In this document: piece after piece, positions 6,375 to 15,474 of the stretch
How positions within the stretch are numbered: position 1 is the stretch's first letter
Layout: each line of letters begins with the position of its first letter
IMG/VR virus record: IMGVR_UViG_3300005805_000266
Coordinates: 1 to 33,415 of that record
Strand: one strand, 5' to 3'
Length of the DNA stretch: 33,415 nt
Source: a virus
Taxonomy: Duplodnaviria > Caudoviricetes
Program-made: the position numbers and the translations under genes
The notes under the pieces: model-generated
Told to the model about the DNA's origin: nothing
Databases searched by the model: none
What the model saw: the letters and a program-made list of their open reading frames with translations, nothing else

Positions 6375-6825
6375 GCATTTATCACTTGCTGAAGTGACAA
6401 GAAGCGAGACTGCAAAGCGAAAGGGAATAAGCAATAACCCTACTGCAGAGCATTTGGAGAACTTTAAGGTATTGGCTGAGAATGTATTTGAGAAAATCAG
6501 GGCACATTTTGGCGTTCCTATCCATGTAAGCTCGGCTTACAGAAGCCGAGAACTTAATCATGCGATTGGCGGAAGTCAAACAAGTCAACATAGCAAGGGC
6601 GAAGCCATCGACATAGACATGGACGGTAGTGGAGATGGTGTAACAAATGCTGACATATATAATTTTATCAAAGACAACCTTGAATACGACCAACTAATTT
6701 GGGAATTTGGTACCGACAAGAACCCCGATTGGGTGCATGTGTCCTATTCAAAGGGTAAAAATAGGAAGCAGCGTCTAAAAGCTGTAAAAAATAATGGTAA
6801 AACATCTTACACTAATCTTCCTTAG
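6361..6825 (+). CDS. Endolysin, peptidase M15 family (Zn-dependent)
   Basis: SSAYRS..LN.AIGG...SQH..GEAID and WVHVSY motifs. Confidence 0.92.
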   Translation: MKISEHLSLAEVTRSETAKRKGISNNPTAEHLENFKVLAENVFEKIRAHFGVPIHVSSAYRSRELNHAIGGSQTSQHSKGEAIDIDMDGSGDGVTNADIYNFIKDNLEYDQLIWEFGTDKNPDWVHVSYSKGKNRKQRLKAVKNNGKTSYTNLP

Positions 6826-7249
6826 TTTCATTTTATTTTCTTGTGTTACAAGGAAAGCTGCTATATCAAAGTCTTACGTAGAATCACGTATAGATAGTGT
6901 AGTTTCAGAAAGAAAAGATAGTGTATCGGTTGAGAAAAAGGGCATAACCATAGACGAGACCGTAGATGAGATTGAGATTGTACCAATAGACACCTCGAAG
7001 CCCATAATTATTGAGGGTAAACAGTATTCAAACGTTTCAGTTAAGATAAAGAAAAAGCAAAAAAGGGTTATTGATACTACAAAAACCATAGTATCAAAGT
7101 CATCGGATAGCGATATTAAGTTAAGTAAGTCTGAGAATAAGGAGAGTTTCGTTAAAACCGTAGACAAAAAGCCAAGTTACTTTAATTTATTATGGCTGTT
7201 AGCTATACCGGTAGCGGTATTGTCTGTTAAGCGTTTCATCTTAAAGTAA
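6794..7249 (+). CDS. Lipoprotein with C-terminal TM (unimolecular spanin candidate)
   Basis: N-terminal LFS-C lipobox, beta-rich body and C-terminal LLWLLAIPVAVLSV; immediately after the endolysin. Confidence 0.65.
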   Translation: MVKHLTLIFLSFILFSCVTRKAAISKSYVESRIDSVVSERKDSVSVEKKGITIDETVDEIEIVPIDTSKPIIIEGKQYSNVSVKIKKKQKRVIDTTKTIVSKSSDSDIKLSKSENKESFVKTVDKKPSYFNLLWLLAIPVAVLSVKRFILK

Positions 7250-7262
7250 GTATTATCTTTAG

Positions 7263-7270
7263 TATATTTG
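7263..7270 (+). promoter_or_regulatory. TAnnTTTG -7 element upstream of the tail fibre
   Basis: TATATTTG, 16 nt before ATG 7287. Confidence 0.65.
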
Positions 7271-7286
7271 TTAAAATATTGAGTAA

Positions 7287-10200
7287 ATGGCTAAGATTAG
7301 TACATATCCTATAGTATCAATTCCTACATTAAATGATTTATTGATAGGTACTGATGTTGAGAATCTGAACGAAACTAAGAATTTTTCCCTTGCAGATATA
7401 CAGGCACTGATTGTAGTAGGTAGTTATGTGCCTTATACAGGAGCTCTACAAGATGTTGACTTGGGGTCTTATGGGATTACCGCAAATTACTTTGCAGTTC
7501 CGGGTGGATTATCTACACAATTTTTAAAAGCTGACGGCTCCATTGATTCAACATCATATCAGCCTGCAGGAAACTATATTACAGGTCTTTCAGGAGAGGC
7601 AAGTGCTTCAGGACCGGGTGTTGCAAACGTTACTTTAAATAATGGTGCTGTAATTGGAAAGGTGCTTACAGGTCTTAGCGTAACAGGAGGCTCAATATCA
7701 AGCACTGATAGTATACTTCAAGCGTTTGGTAAACTGCAGAATCAGGTTAACAGCCTTTATGGTGGTGCAATTTACCAAGGTACGTGGGATGCTGCAACAA
7801 ATAATCCTGCATTATCAAGTGGTGTTGGTACACAAGGGTGGTACTATATTGTAAATGTAGCGGGTAGTACAAACCTTGACGGTATTACTGATTGGAACGT
7901 AGGAGATTGGGCTATATTTGATGGAACTGCATGGCAGCAGGTTGACAATACTGACACTGTTGTATCTGTTAACGGACAGGTTGGGGTTGTTGTACTTACA
8001 ACTACAAACATTGCTGAAGGAACAAATCTTTATTATTTAGATAGTAGGGCAAGAGCTGCAATAACGCTTACCACTTCAGGAAGCAGTGGTGCTTCATCAT
8101 ATAGTAGTGTAACCGGAATCTTGAACGTGCCAAACTATACCATTTCAGGGCTCGGTGGTGTACCAAGTACAAGACAACTTACTATTAATGGTACAGCATA
8201 CGACCTTAGTGTTGATAGGAGTTGGAGCGTTGGTACAGTTACAAGTGTAGGTACAAGTGCTCCACTTACAGGAGGTACAATTACGGGTAGTGGTACAATA
8301 GGAATAACTCAGGCGGGTATAAGCTCAAATGGATACCTGAGCTCTACCGATTGGAATACGTTTAATAACAAGCAGAACGCTCTTACTAATCCTGTTACGG
8401 GAACAGGCACATTGTATTATATACCTATGTGGACGGGTACGAGTGCACTTAGTGATAGCATTATATCATATAACTCTAATATAGTTACATTCAACTATAA
8501 TTCCATATCAGGTGCAACTGTAAGTTATACAAACTTGGGTAGTGGTGTATATACATACACTATTCAGATGAATAATTTTGGTAGTCCAAGACAGACGTAT
8601 CATTCTTATACTGATGGGAATATCATTCAGCAAATTAATAGTAATATTGTAAGTTCTAATCTTCAGAGTGGTCAGTTAGTATTGCCATACTATACAACTA
8701 CAACTTCTTTCTCAGGTACTGTTGCGGGGTACCTTGGATTTGATTCTGCAGGAAACATATTAACTTTTGCGGGACCATCACTTACAGGTTATGTTCCATA
8801 CACAGGAGCAACACAAGATGTTAATTTAGGAGAGTTTGGACTTACTGCAGGTCAATTAACTCTTGATACATCTCCAACAGGTACTGCTACTGTTGCTACA
8901 ACGATATGGAATGATAGTATTGGAAGTTCTCAAACAACTTTAAAGGGTGGGTCTGTTTTATTAAAGAATGGAGTTGATTTAGTTACGAGAGTTGTAAATA
9001 AAGTTTTTCCAAATGCAACACTTACAAGAGCTGCATATCAAGCCGTTCGTGTTAGTGGTGCACAGGGTCAAAGATTAGCAGTTGATTATGCATTAGCTGA
9101 TGGAGACCCAAATAGTGCAGATACTCTTGGGTTGGTATGTGAGACAATAGCAACAAATCAAGAAGGGTTTATTATAACTGTTGGTTTATTAGATGGAGTA
9201 AATACAACAGGGTCTTTGCAAGGAGAAACTTGGAACGATGGAGATGTTTTATATTTGAGTCCAACGATTCCCGGTGGGGTGACAAATATAAAACCAAATG
9301 CTTCTACAGGACACATTGTTATTATGGGGTACGTTGAGTATGCTCATGCTATTAATGGTAAAATTTATGTTAAGATAATGAACGGATGGGAGCTTGATGA
9401 GCTTCATAATGTTTATATCAATACTCCTTTGAACAATCAAGGATTGTTTTACAGTTCATCTACTCAACTTTGGCAAAATAAAAGTATTGATACTGCACTT
9501 GGGTATACTCCTGTAAACAAAGCAGGCGATACAATGACAGGATATTTGATATTAAATGCAGACCCTGTTAACTCACTTGGTGCAGCAACAAAAGAATATG
9601 TTGACAATCTTGTAAACGGGATTGATTGGAAGCAAGCTGCTAATGCGGGAACCGTTGCATCACTACCAACTTATATTGTTTCAGGAGGAGGTCAGGTTCT
9701 TACAGGATTTGCAAATGGTGCTATACCATCTGCAACTACTGATGGAGTTACTCTTGTTGCAGGTAATAGGGTTTTGGTAAAGAGCGAGACAAGTACTCTA
9801 ACACCAAACAACGGTATATATGTAGTTACTCAAGCGGGTAGTGGGTCTCAGCCATTTATATTAACGAGGTCATCAGATGCAAATACTTCTGCACTTCTTT
9901 CAGAAGCAACACTTAGTATTAGCGGTGGATTTACATTATCAAACACACAGTGGCATTGTAATCCTGCTGCTACACCTATTGTAATAGGGTCAACATATAT
10001 TACATTTACTCAGATTGGCTCAGGTGTATATTTCGGTACAGCACCAATATCTGTAAGTGGTAATACCATATCCATATCTCAGTCTAATATTTCAACAGAT
10101 GGATACTTAAGTAGTACTGATTGGAATACATTTAACAGTAAGCAGAATACCATTACATTAACGACAACAGGTTCAAGTGGTTCTGCAACATTTATAAGCA

Positions 10201-12896
10201 ATACTCTTAATGTTCCAACGTACACATTAAATGGTCTTGGAGGAGCATCAGCTACTACAACACTTACTATTAATGGTGATTCTTATGACCTTAGTGCAAA
10301 CAGGACATGGAGTGTTGGAACAGTAACATCTGTTGCTGCTCTTACTATTGGTACATCAGGTACAGATATAACATCTTCAGTCGCCAATAGCTCAACAACT
10401 CCTGTAATTACATTAAATGTACCTACTGCTTCTGCAACCAATAGAGGTGCTTTATCTTCTGCTGATTGGAGTACATTTAATAACAAGCAGGAAACAATAA
10501 CATTAACCACTACAGGAACAAGCGGTGCAGCGACATTGGTAGGAAGCACTTTAAATATTCCTCAATATCAAAGCGTTATTACTAACCCTGTAACGGGTAT
10601 AGGTGTAACAAATGAGTTAACGTTTTGGACATCATCAACTTCTATTGGTAACTTATCAACTGCGACATATCCATCTCTTACTGAGATAAGCTATGTTAAG
10701 GGAGTTACAAGTGATATACAATCTCAAATTAATAGTAAGCAATCTACAATAACACTTACTACAACGGGGTCAAGTGGGTCTGCAACATTTGTAAGTAATA
10801 CATTAAACGTACCAACATATACATTAACAGGTCTTGGTGGAGTACCCACTACAAGGTCTCTTACAATTAATGGCACATCTTATGATTTGAGTGCTGATAG
10901 AACTTGGTCAGTTGGTACGGTAACATCAGTTGCAGCACTCACACTTGGAACAAGTGGGACTGACTTGACTTCAAGCGTTGCTACAGGAACAACAACACCT
11001 GTAATAACATTGAATGTGCCAACAGCAAGTGCAACTAATAGAGGTGCTTTGAGTTCAACTGATTGGAGTACTTTTAATGCAAAACAAGATGCAATAACAT
11101 TAACTACTACCGGCACTTCAGGTGCAGCGACATTAGTAGGTGCTACATTAAACATTCCACAATATCAAGCTGCATTAACTAATCCTGTAACGGGTACAGG
11201 TACAACAAATGAATTAACATATTGGACATCATCAAGTGCAGTAGGTAGTTTATCAACTGCAACTTATCCATCTCTTACAGAATTAAGTTATGTAAAAGGT
11301 GTTACAAGTGCAATACAGACACAACTTAATGCCAAGCAAGATACAATAACATTAACAACAACAGGAACAAGTGGTGCTGCTACATTAGTTGGTAGTACAC
11401 TTAATATACCTCAATATAGTGGTGGTGGCAGTATGGCTATTGGCGGTACAGTTACAAGTGGTACAACAGGAAGTATCTTGTTTATTAATCCTACTGCCAC
11501 ACTTGCACAAGATAATGCCAACTTCTTTTGGGATAATACCAATAAAAGATTAGGTATTGGAACAAATGCACCGTCTTACACATTTGATATACCCGCAAAT
11601 AATACATCCGCTATTCAACATAGAGTAGGAACATTTCAAGTTCAGTCTTATTCTTTGAATAATGGGTTTGTGTCTGACAACATGTATTATAATGGTTCAA
11701 CTTGGACAAGAACTTCAACAGGGTATGGTTATGGTTTACAATTCTTCAATGGTCAATTGTGTTTACATGGTGTAGCTACAGGTAGTGGAAGCTTTACTCA
11801 AAACGTCAAATTTAAGTTTGATTACGAAGGTGCTTTTGTTATTGGTAATAACATAAGTATGACACAAGGGAACTACACAGGAGCAACAGCTTTATTTACT
11901 AAAAACGGTAGATTACTTTTGGGAACAACAACAGAGAGTACATTCTTACTTGATGTAAATGGAACTGTAAGATTTCAAGATGATTTAACTTTTTCTAATA
12001 CAAAAGGTTTTATAGTTCAAGTATCTGGTACAAATAGAGCAACTAAAGTAATACCGACAAATACTGCTGACAACTTTTCGTCATTAGCTTTTTATCCAAA
12101 TAGCGGCACAAATGTTGGACAAGCATTTCAAGTAAGTCCAAAAGGAACAGGATATAGTGCTACAATAAAAGCACAATTTTCAATATTTAATACTGATATT
12201 GTTGCAGATTCTACTAATTGGGAAGCAATGGTAGTTAGGTCTGCTGGAACTGCTTTTACAATAGCAACGGGTAAAGGTGGAACAGGGACTATAAGACCTT
12301 TATTACTTTCATCAGGTTATGCTGATAATGTTACTAATCCAAATCAACTATGGTTATATACAAGTGGAAGTGTAGGCATTAATACAGCAACCGAAAATGC
12401 TTCAGCACAATTACAAGTAGATTCTACAACAAAAGGATTTCTTCCACCAAGAATGACAACAACACAAAAGAATGCAATAGCAACACCTGCTGCAGGACTT
12501 GTGGTGTATCAAACAGATGGAGCAGAGGGTACATATGTATACACGTCTCTTGGTTGGCAAAAACTAGAAACAACACCTATAACCACTACAACAGCATCAA
12601 CAGCTACATTAACACCAAACGTAGATGCTGCTAACACATTTACTATTACAGCACAAGCAGCATCATTATCTATTGCCAATCCAACAGGTACACCTGTTAA
12701 TGGTCAGAAGATGATAATAAGGATTAAGGATAATGGTACTGCAAGAGCAATAACATTTAGTGGTACACAATATCGTGCTTCATCTGACCTTGCTTTCCCA
12801 ACTACAACAATAGTCAATAAGACATTGTATATGGGATTCATTTGGAATAGCACAGATAGCAAATGGGATATGTTAGCTTTATTAAACAACTTCTAA
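7287..12896 (+). CDS. Long tail fibre / receptor-binding protein (1869 aa)
   Basis: Thr/Ser/Gly-rich with fibre motifs QFLKADGS.D, Y.GTWDA.TN, VVSVNGQ.G.V, STDW.TFN.KQ, RLGIGT, DSTTKGFLPPRMTT. Confidence 0.9.
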   Translation: MAKISTYPIVSIPTLNDLLIGTDVENLNETKNFSLADIQALIVVGSYVPYTGALQDVDLGSYGITANYFAVPGGLSTQFLKADGSIDSTSYQPAGNYITGLSGEASASGPGVANVTLNNGAVIGKVLTGLSVTGGSISSTDSILQAFGKLQNQVNSLYGGAIYQGTWDAATNNPALSSGVGTQGWYYIVNVAGSTNLDGITDWNVGDWAIFDGTAWQQVDNTDTVVSVNGQVGVVVLTTTNIAEGTNLYYLDSRARAAITLTTSGSSGASSYSSVTGILNVPNYTISGLGGVPSTRQLTINGTAYDLSVDRSWSVGTVTSVGTSAPLTGGTITGSGTIGITQAGISSNGYLSSTDWNTFNNKQNALTNPVTGTGTLYYIPMWTGTSALSDSIISYNSNIVTFNYNSISGATVSYTNLGSGVYTYTIQMNNFGSPRQTYHSYTDGNIIQQINSNIVSSNLQSGQLVLPYYTTTTSFSGTVAGYLGFDSAGNILTFAGPSLTGYVPYTGATQDVNLGEFGLTAGQLTLDTSPTGTATVATTIWNDSIGSSQTTLKGGSVLLKNGVDLVTRVVNKVFPNATLTRAAYQAVRVSGAQGQRLAVDYALADGDPNSADTLGLVCETIATNQEGFIITVGLLDGVNTTGSLQGETWNDGDVLYLSPTIPGGVTNIKPNASTGHIVIMGYVEYAHAINGKIYVKIMNGWELDELHNVYINTPLNNQGLFYSSSTQLWQNKSIDTALGYTPVNKAGDTMTGYLILNADPVNSLGAATKEYVDNLVNGIDWKQAANAGTVASLPTYIVSGGGQVLTGFANGAIPSATTDGVTLVAGNRVLVKSETSTLTPNNGIYVVTQAGSGSQPFILTRSSDANTSALLSEATLSISGGFTLSNTQWHCNPAATPIVIGSTYITFTQIGSGVYFGTAPISVSGNTISISQSNISTDGYLSSTDWNTFNSKQNTITLTTTGSSGSATFISNTLNVPTYTLNGLGGASATTTLTINGDSYDLSANRTWSVGTVTSVAALTIGTSGTDITSSVANSSTTPVITLNVPTASATNRGALSSADWSTFNNKQETITLTTTGTSGAATLVGSTLNIPQYQSVITNPVTGIGVTNELTFWTSSTSIGNLSTATYPSLTEISYVKGVTSDIQSQINSKQSTITLTTTGSSGSATFVSNTLNVPTYTLTGLGGVPTTRSLTINGTSYDLSADRTWSVGTVTSVAALTLGTSGTDLTSSVATGTTTPVITLNVPTASATNRGALSSTDWSTFNAKQDAITLTTTGTSGAATLVGATLNIPQYQAALTNPVTGTGTTNELTYWTSSSAVGSLSTATYPSLTELSYVKGVTSAIQTQLNAKQDTITLTTTGTSGAATLVGSTLNIPQYSGGGSMAIGGTVTSGTTGSILFINPTATLAQDNANFFWDNTNKRLGIGTNAPSYTFDIPANNTSAIQHRVGTFQVQSYSLNNGFVSDNMYYNGSTWTRTSTGYGYGLQFFNGQLCLHGVATGSGSFTQNVKFKFDYEGAFVIGNNISMTQGNYTGATALFTKNGRLLLGTTTESTFLLDVNGTVRFQDDLTFSNTKGFIVQVSGTNRATKVIPTNTADNFSSLAFYPNSGTNVGQAFQVSPKGTGYSATIKAQFSIFNTDIVADSTNWEAMVVRSAGTAFTIATGKGGTGTIRPLLLSSGYADNVTNPNQLWLYTSGSVGINTATENASAQLQVDSTTKGFLPPRMTTTQKNAIATPAAGLVVYQTDGAEGTYVYTSLGWQKLETTPITTTTASTATLTPNVDAANTFTITAQAASLSIANPTGTPVNGQKMIIRIKDNGTARAITFSGTQYRASSDLAFPTTTIVNKTLYMGFIWNSTDSKWDMLALLNNF
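10140..11420 (+). repeat. Intragenic tandem duplication with 597-nt (199-aa) period
   Basis: The KQ-x-TITLTTTG register recurs at 10140, 10737 and 11334. Confidence 0.85.
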
Positions 12897-12897
12897 T

Positions 12898-13605
12898 ATG
12901 CCAACAGATATTTTTACATCATCAGGAACTTGGACTGCACCAGCAGGTATAACATCTGTAACGGTTATATGTATTGGTGGTGGTGGTGGAGGAGGAGGCT
13001 TAAATGTTGGTGATGGTGAAGGAGGAGCAGGGGGAGGAGGAGGTGGTGGATATGTTAAAAGTACATTATCTGTAACACCGGGTTCATCATATACAGTAAC
13101 AGTTGGTATTGGTGGTATGCGTGGTAGTATTGGTAATTATGGAAATTTAGGTGGTGATAGTTGGTTTAATAGTACTAATACGATTCGTGCGAGTGGTGGT
13201 CAAGGCGGTGAAGGATTTCCAGGTGGTTTTGGTGGTGCAGGTGGAATAATTAATAATATAGGTGATTTTATACATAATGGTGGTAATGGTGGTCAAGGTG
13301 GTGCTGGAGTTGCTTATTGGGCAGGTGGAGGAGGTGGTGCTGGTAACCCTACATCTCAATTTAATAATGCGAATTTTAATGTAGGTGGTAATGGACAATC
13401 TCCATATAGTGGAGCTGGAGCTTGGGGTCGAAGTGATTATAATTGGGGTGATGGTTTGTCAGGTGGTGCTTATGGTGGCGGTGGTAGTGGGGGATTTGTA
13501 CCAGAATATTATTACCCAAGTACTTTTGGTGGTTTTGGTGCAAGTGGTATTGTTTTAATTACTTATGCAGGTACAGGAAATTCAAATTTTTTCTCTTTTT
13601 TTTAA
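12898..13605 (+). CDS. Glycine-rich tail fibre tip/accessory protein
   Basis: FTSSGTWTAPAG.T.V.V.CIGGGGGGG...G.GG.G.SG.V.I.Y architecture. Confidence 0.8.
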   Translation: MPTDIFTSSGTWTAPAGITSVTVICIGGGGGGGGLNVGDGEGGAGGGGGGGYVKSTLSVTPGSSYTVTVGIGGMRGSIGNYGNLGGDSWFNSTNTIRASGGQGGEGFPGGFGGAGGIINNIGDFIHNGGNGGQGGAGVAYWAGGGGGAGNPTSQFNNANFNVGGNGQSPYSGAGAWGRSDYNWGDGLSGGAYGGGGSGGFVPEYYYPSTFGGFGASGIVLITYAGTGNSNFFSFF

Positions 13606-13616
13606 AACAAATAAAC

Positions 13617-13913
13617 ATGGCAAAAAAAATTCAACCCATTGATATATGGGCAGAAGGACAAACACAAATAGGAGAGTTTTTAAAAGTAGCTTGTATAAAT
13701 GATAATTATGAAAATACTGCTACAAATTTATGGCAAATTTTTACATTAAAAGTAATGGAAGATGGAACAGAAGAACCCAACTTTCAAATTGCTCAAGGTT
13801 ATCTAACAATTACAGCAGATGAATATAAAGAATGGGGAGAGCAACCTGCAATGGCTATAAATGATTGGATATACAATTGGTCAGCAGAACAACTTGGATT
13901 ACAAATAATATAA
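13617..13913 (+). CDS. Tail-fibre-associated small protein (paralogue 1)
   Basis: 98 aa; I.P...TAT..W...AQG..T....Y..WG pattern. Confidence 0.7.
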   Translation: MAKKIQPIDIWAEGQTQIGEFLKVACINDNYENTATNLWQIFTLKVMEDGTEEPNFQIAQGYLTITADEYKEWGEQPAMAINDWIYNWSAEQLGLQII

Positions 13914-13924
13914 AAACAATAATT

Positions 13925-14182
13925 ATGTCAACAATTGAACCCGTTAATTTCCCTTTTTATGGAGATGCAACAACATTAAACGTAACTGTGCTATCATTTC
14001 CAACGGATGCAATAACAGCAACCACCTATTGGACACTTAGTACTTCCGATGGGAAACAATGTGCACAAGGCAATTATATGATGACTACTGAGCAGTTTGC
14101 TGCATGGGGACAGGACAATACTGTAGTAGACGAATATGTTGCTGAGGCTATTGGCGTAGTCATTGTTCCTCCAATTGTATAA
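13925..14182 (+). CDS. Tail-fibre-associated small protein (paralogue 2)
   Basis: Start reassigned to 13925 (MSTIEPV); shares TAT..W, AQG and WG with the upstream gene. Confidence 0.7.
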   Translation: MSTIEPVNFPFYGDATTLNVTVLSFPTDAITATTYWTLSTSDGKQCAQGNYMMTTEQFAAWGQDNTVVDEYVAEAIGVVIVPPIV

Positions 14183-14188
14183 TATCTG

Positions 14189-14196
14189 TATATTTG
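14189..14196 (+). promoter_or_regulatory. TAnnTTTG -7 element, probably giving a leaderless mRNA
   Basis: TATATTTG, 4 nt before ATG 14201. Confidence 0.55.
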
Positions 14197-14200
14197 TACT

Positions 14201-14431
14201 ATGTCAAATAATCTAACTCAGGAAGAATTAAATAAGATTCAGGAAATGAATACAAGGTTTGCTAAAGCCAAATTGTCTTTAGGAGACTTGGAGCTTACTA
14301 AGTATGATATGTTGAAAGAGGTTGATAAGCTCAGGCTTGAATTTGAGGAAAATGAAAAGCAGCTAATTTCTAAGTACGGAAAGGATGCGGTTATTAACAT
14401 GAAAACAGGAGAGGTAACACAAAAACAATAA
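14201..14431 (+). CDS. Small coiled-coil protein (…KYG…IN..TGE)
   Basis: 76 aa helical hairpin pattern common next to phage fibres. Confidence 0.75.
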   Translation: MSNNLTQEELNKIQEMNTRFAKAKLSLGDLELTKYDMLKEVDKLRLEFEENEKQLISKYGKDAVINMKTGEVTQKQ

Positions 14432-14435
14432 CACT

Positions 14436-14672
14436 ATGGCAAAGATTAACAATTATAGTACAGACAATAATGTAACTATTGCCGATAAGTTGATAGGCAC
14501 TGATGCTGAAGATGCAAATGCTACCAAAAACTTTTTGATAGCAGACATCCTATCATTGCCTTTCCCAAGTGTTCCCGTATATGCTAATAACGCTGCTGCC
14601 CTTGCGGGTGGATTGGTTGCAGGAAACATATACAGGATAACGGGTACAGACTTTATGGGCGTAGTACACTAA
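14436..14672 (+). CDS. Mini fibre-like protein sharing the tail fibre N-terminal anchor
   Basis: MAKI..Y...D.LIGTD.E..N.TKNF..ADI matches the 7287 N-terminus; ends YANNAAALAGGL..G.IY. Confidence 0.75.
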   Translation: MAKINNYSTDNNVTIADKLIGTDAEDANATKNFLIADILSLPFPSVPVYANNAAALAGGLVAGNIYRITGTDFMGVVH

Positions 14673-14683
14673 TCTAATTTAAT

Positions 14684-14911
14684 ATGGATATAAGGAAAAT
14701 ATCTATCGGTCCCGATTATAAGGGAGGAGCTATGCACTATATCGTAGGGCAAGATGTTCTTGGCGAAACCAATAAGATACATCTTATTAAGTATGATGAT
14801 GAAAGGCAGTCGTTTAGGATTTACATTATTAATGACAATAAAGAGGTAATCCTTTGGAAAGAGTTTAATTATACCATCCCCGTATCCATTGAATATAATA
14901 TAAATTACTAA
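14684..14911 (+). CDS. Conserved hypothetical protein (IRKISIGPDYK..AMHY.VGQ)
   Basis: 75-aa beta-rich protein coupled to the next gene; pattern I recall from crAss-like packaging regions. Confidence 0.7.
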   Translation: MDIRKISIGPDYKGGAMHYIVGQDVLGETNKIHLIKYDDERQSFRIYIINDNKEVILWKEFNYTIPVSIEYNINY

Positions 14912-15474
14912 TGAAATCTCCATTCAACTTCTTAGCGAAGCCTGTGAATGGGAAAAGATACGACAATACAAAGGAGATAGGTGGCATTGAAATAATAACA
15001 AGTACATCAGAGGAAGACCACAAATTCTCCAATAGGTATGCTGAAGTCGTAGAACTCCCATTAAAATATGAAGGTCCTGTTCAAATTGGTGACATACTTC
15101 TTGTTCACCATAATGTGTTTAAGTTCTATAACGACATGCGTGGGAAGCAAAAAAGCGGTAGGTCTTTTTTTAGAGATGACATTTTCTTTATTGAGCCTGA
15201 CCAATTCTTTATGTATAAGCATGGTTCCACGTGGAACAGTTACGATAAATACTGCTTTGTAAAGCCTATCCCTGCTATTGACTCCTACGTTAAGAAGCCA
15301 TTTACAGAGGAGCCGCTGATGGGTGAGATGAAGTACCCTAATGACTATCTCTTACACCAAGGTGTAAGAGAAGGGGATATTGTCTGTTTTCAGCCTGATA
15401 GTGAATACGAGTTTAATGTAGATGGGGAGAAGCTATATAGAATGTTTGACCATCAAATAACAATTAAGCTATGA
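14911..15474 (+). CDS. Tandem (double-domain) GroES-like protein
   Basis: Two GroES-like halves: FLAKP..GGIEI..AEVV..VQIGDILLVHH and FVKP..MGEMKY..VREGDIVCF..EYEFNVDGEKLYRM..I. Confidence 0.65.
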   Translation: MKSPFNFLAKPVNGKRYDNTKEIGGIEIITSTSEEDHKFSNRYAEVVELPLKYEGPVQIGDILLVHHNVFKFYNDMRGKQKSGRSFFRDDIFFIEPDQFFMYKHGSTWNSYDKYCFVKPIPAIDSYVKKPFTEEPLMGEMKYPNDYLLHQGVREGDIVCFQPDSEYEFNVDGEKLYRMFDHQITIKL

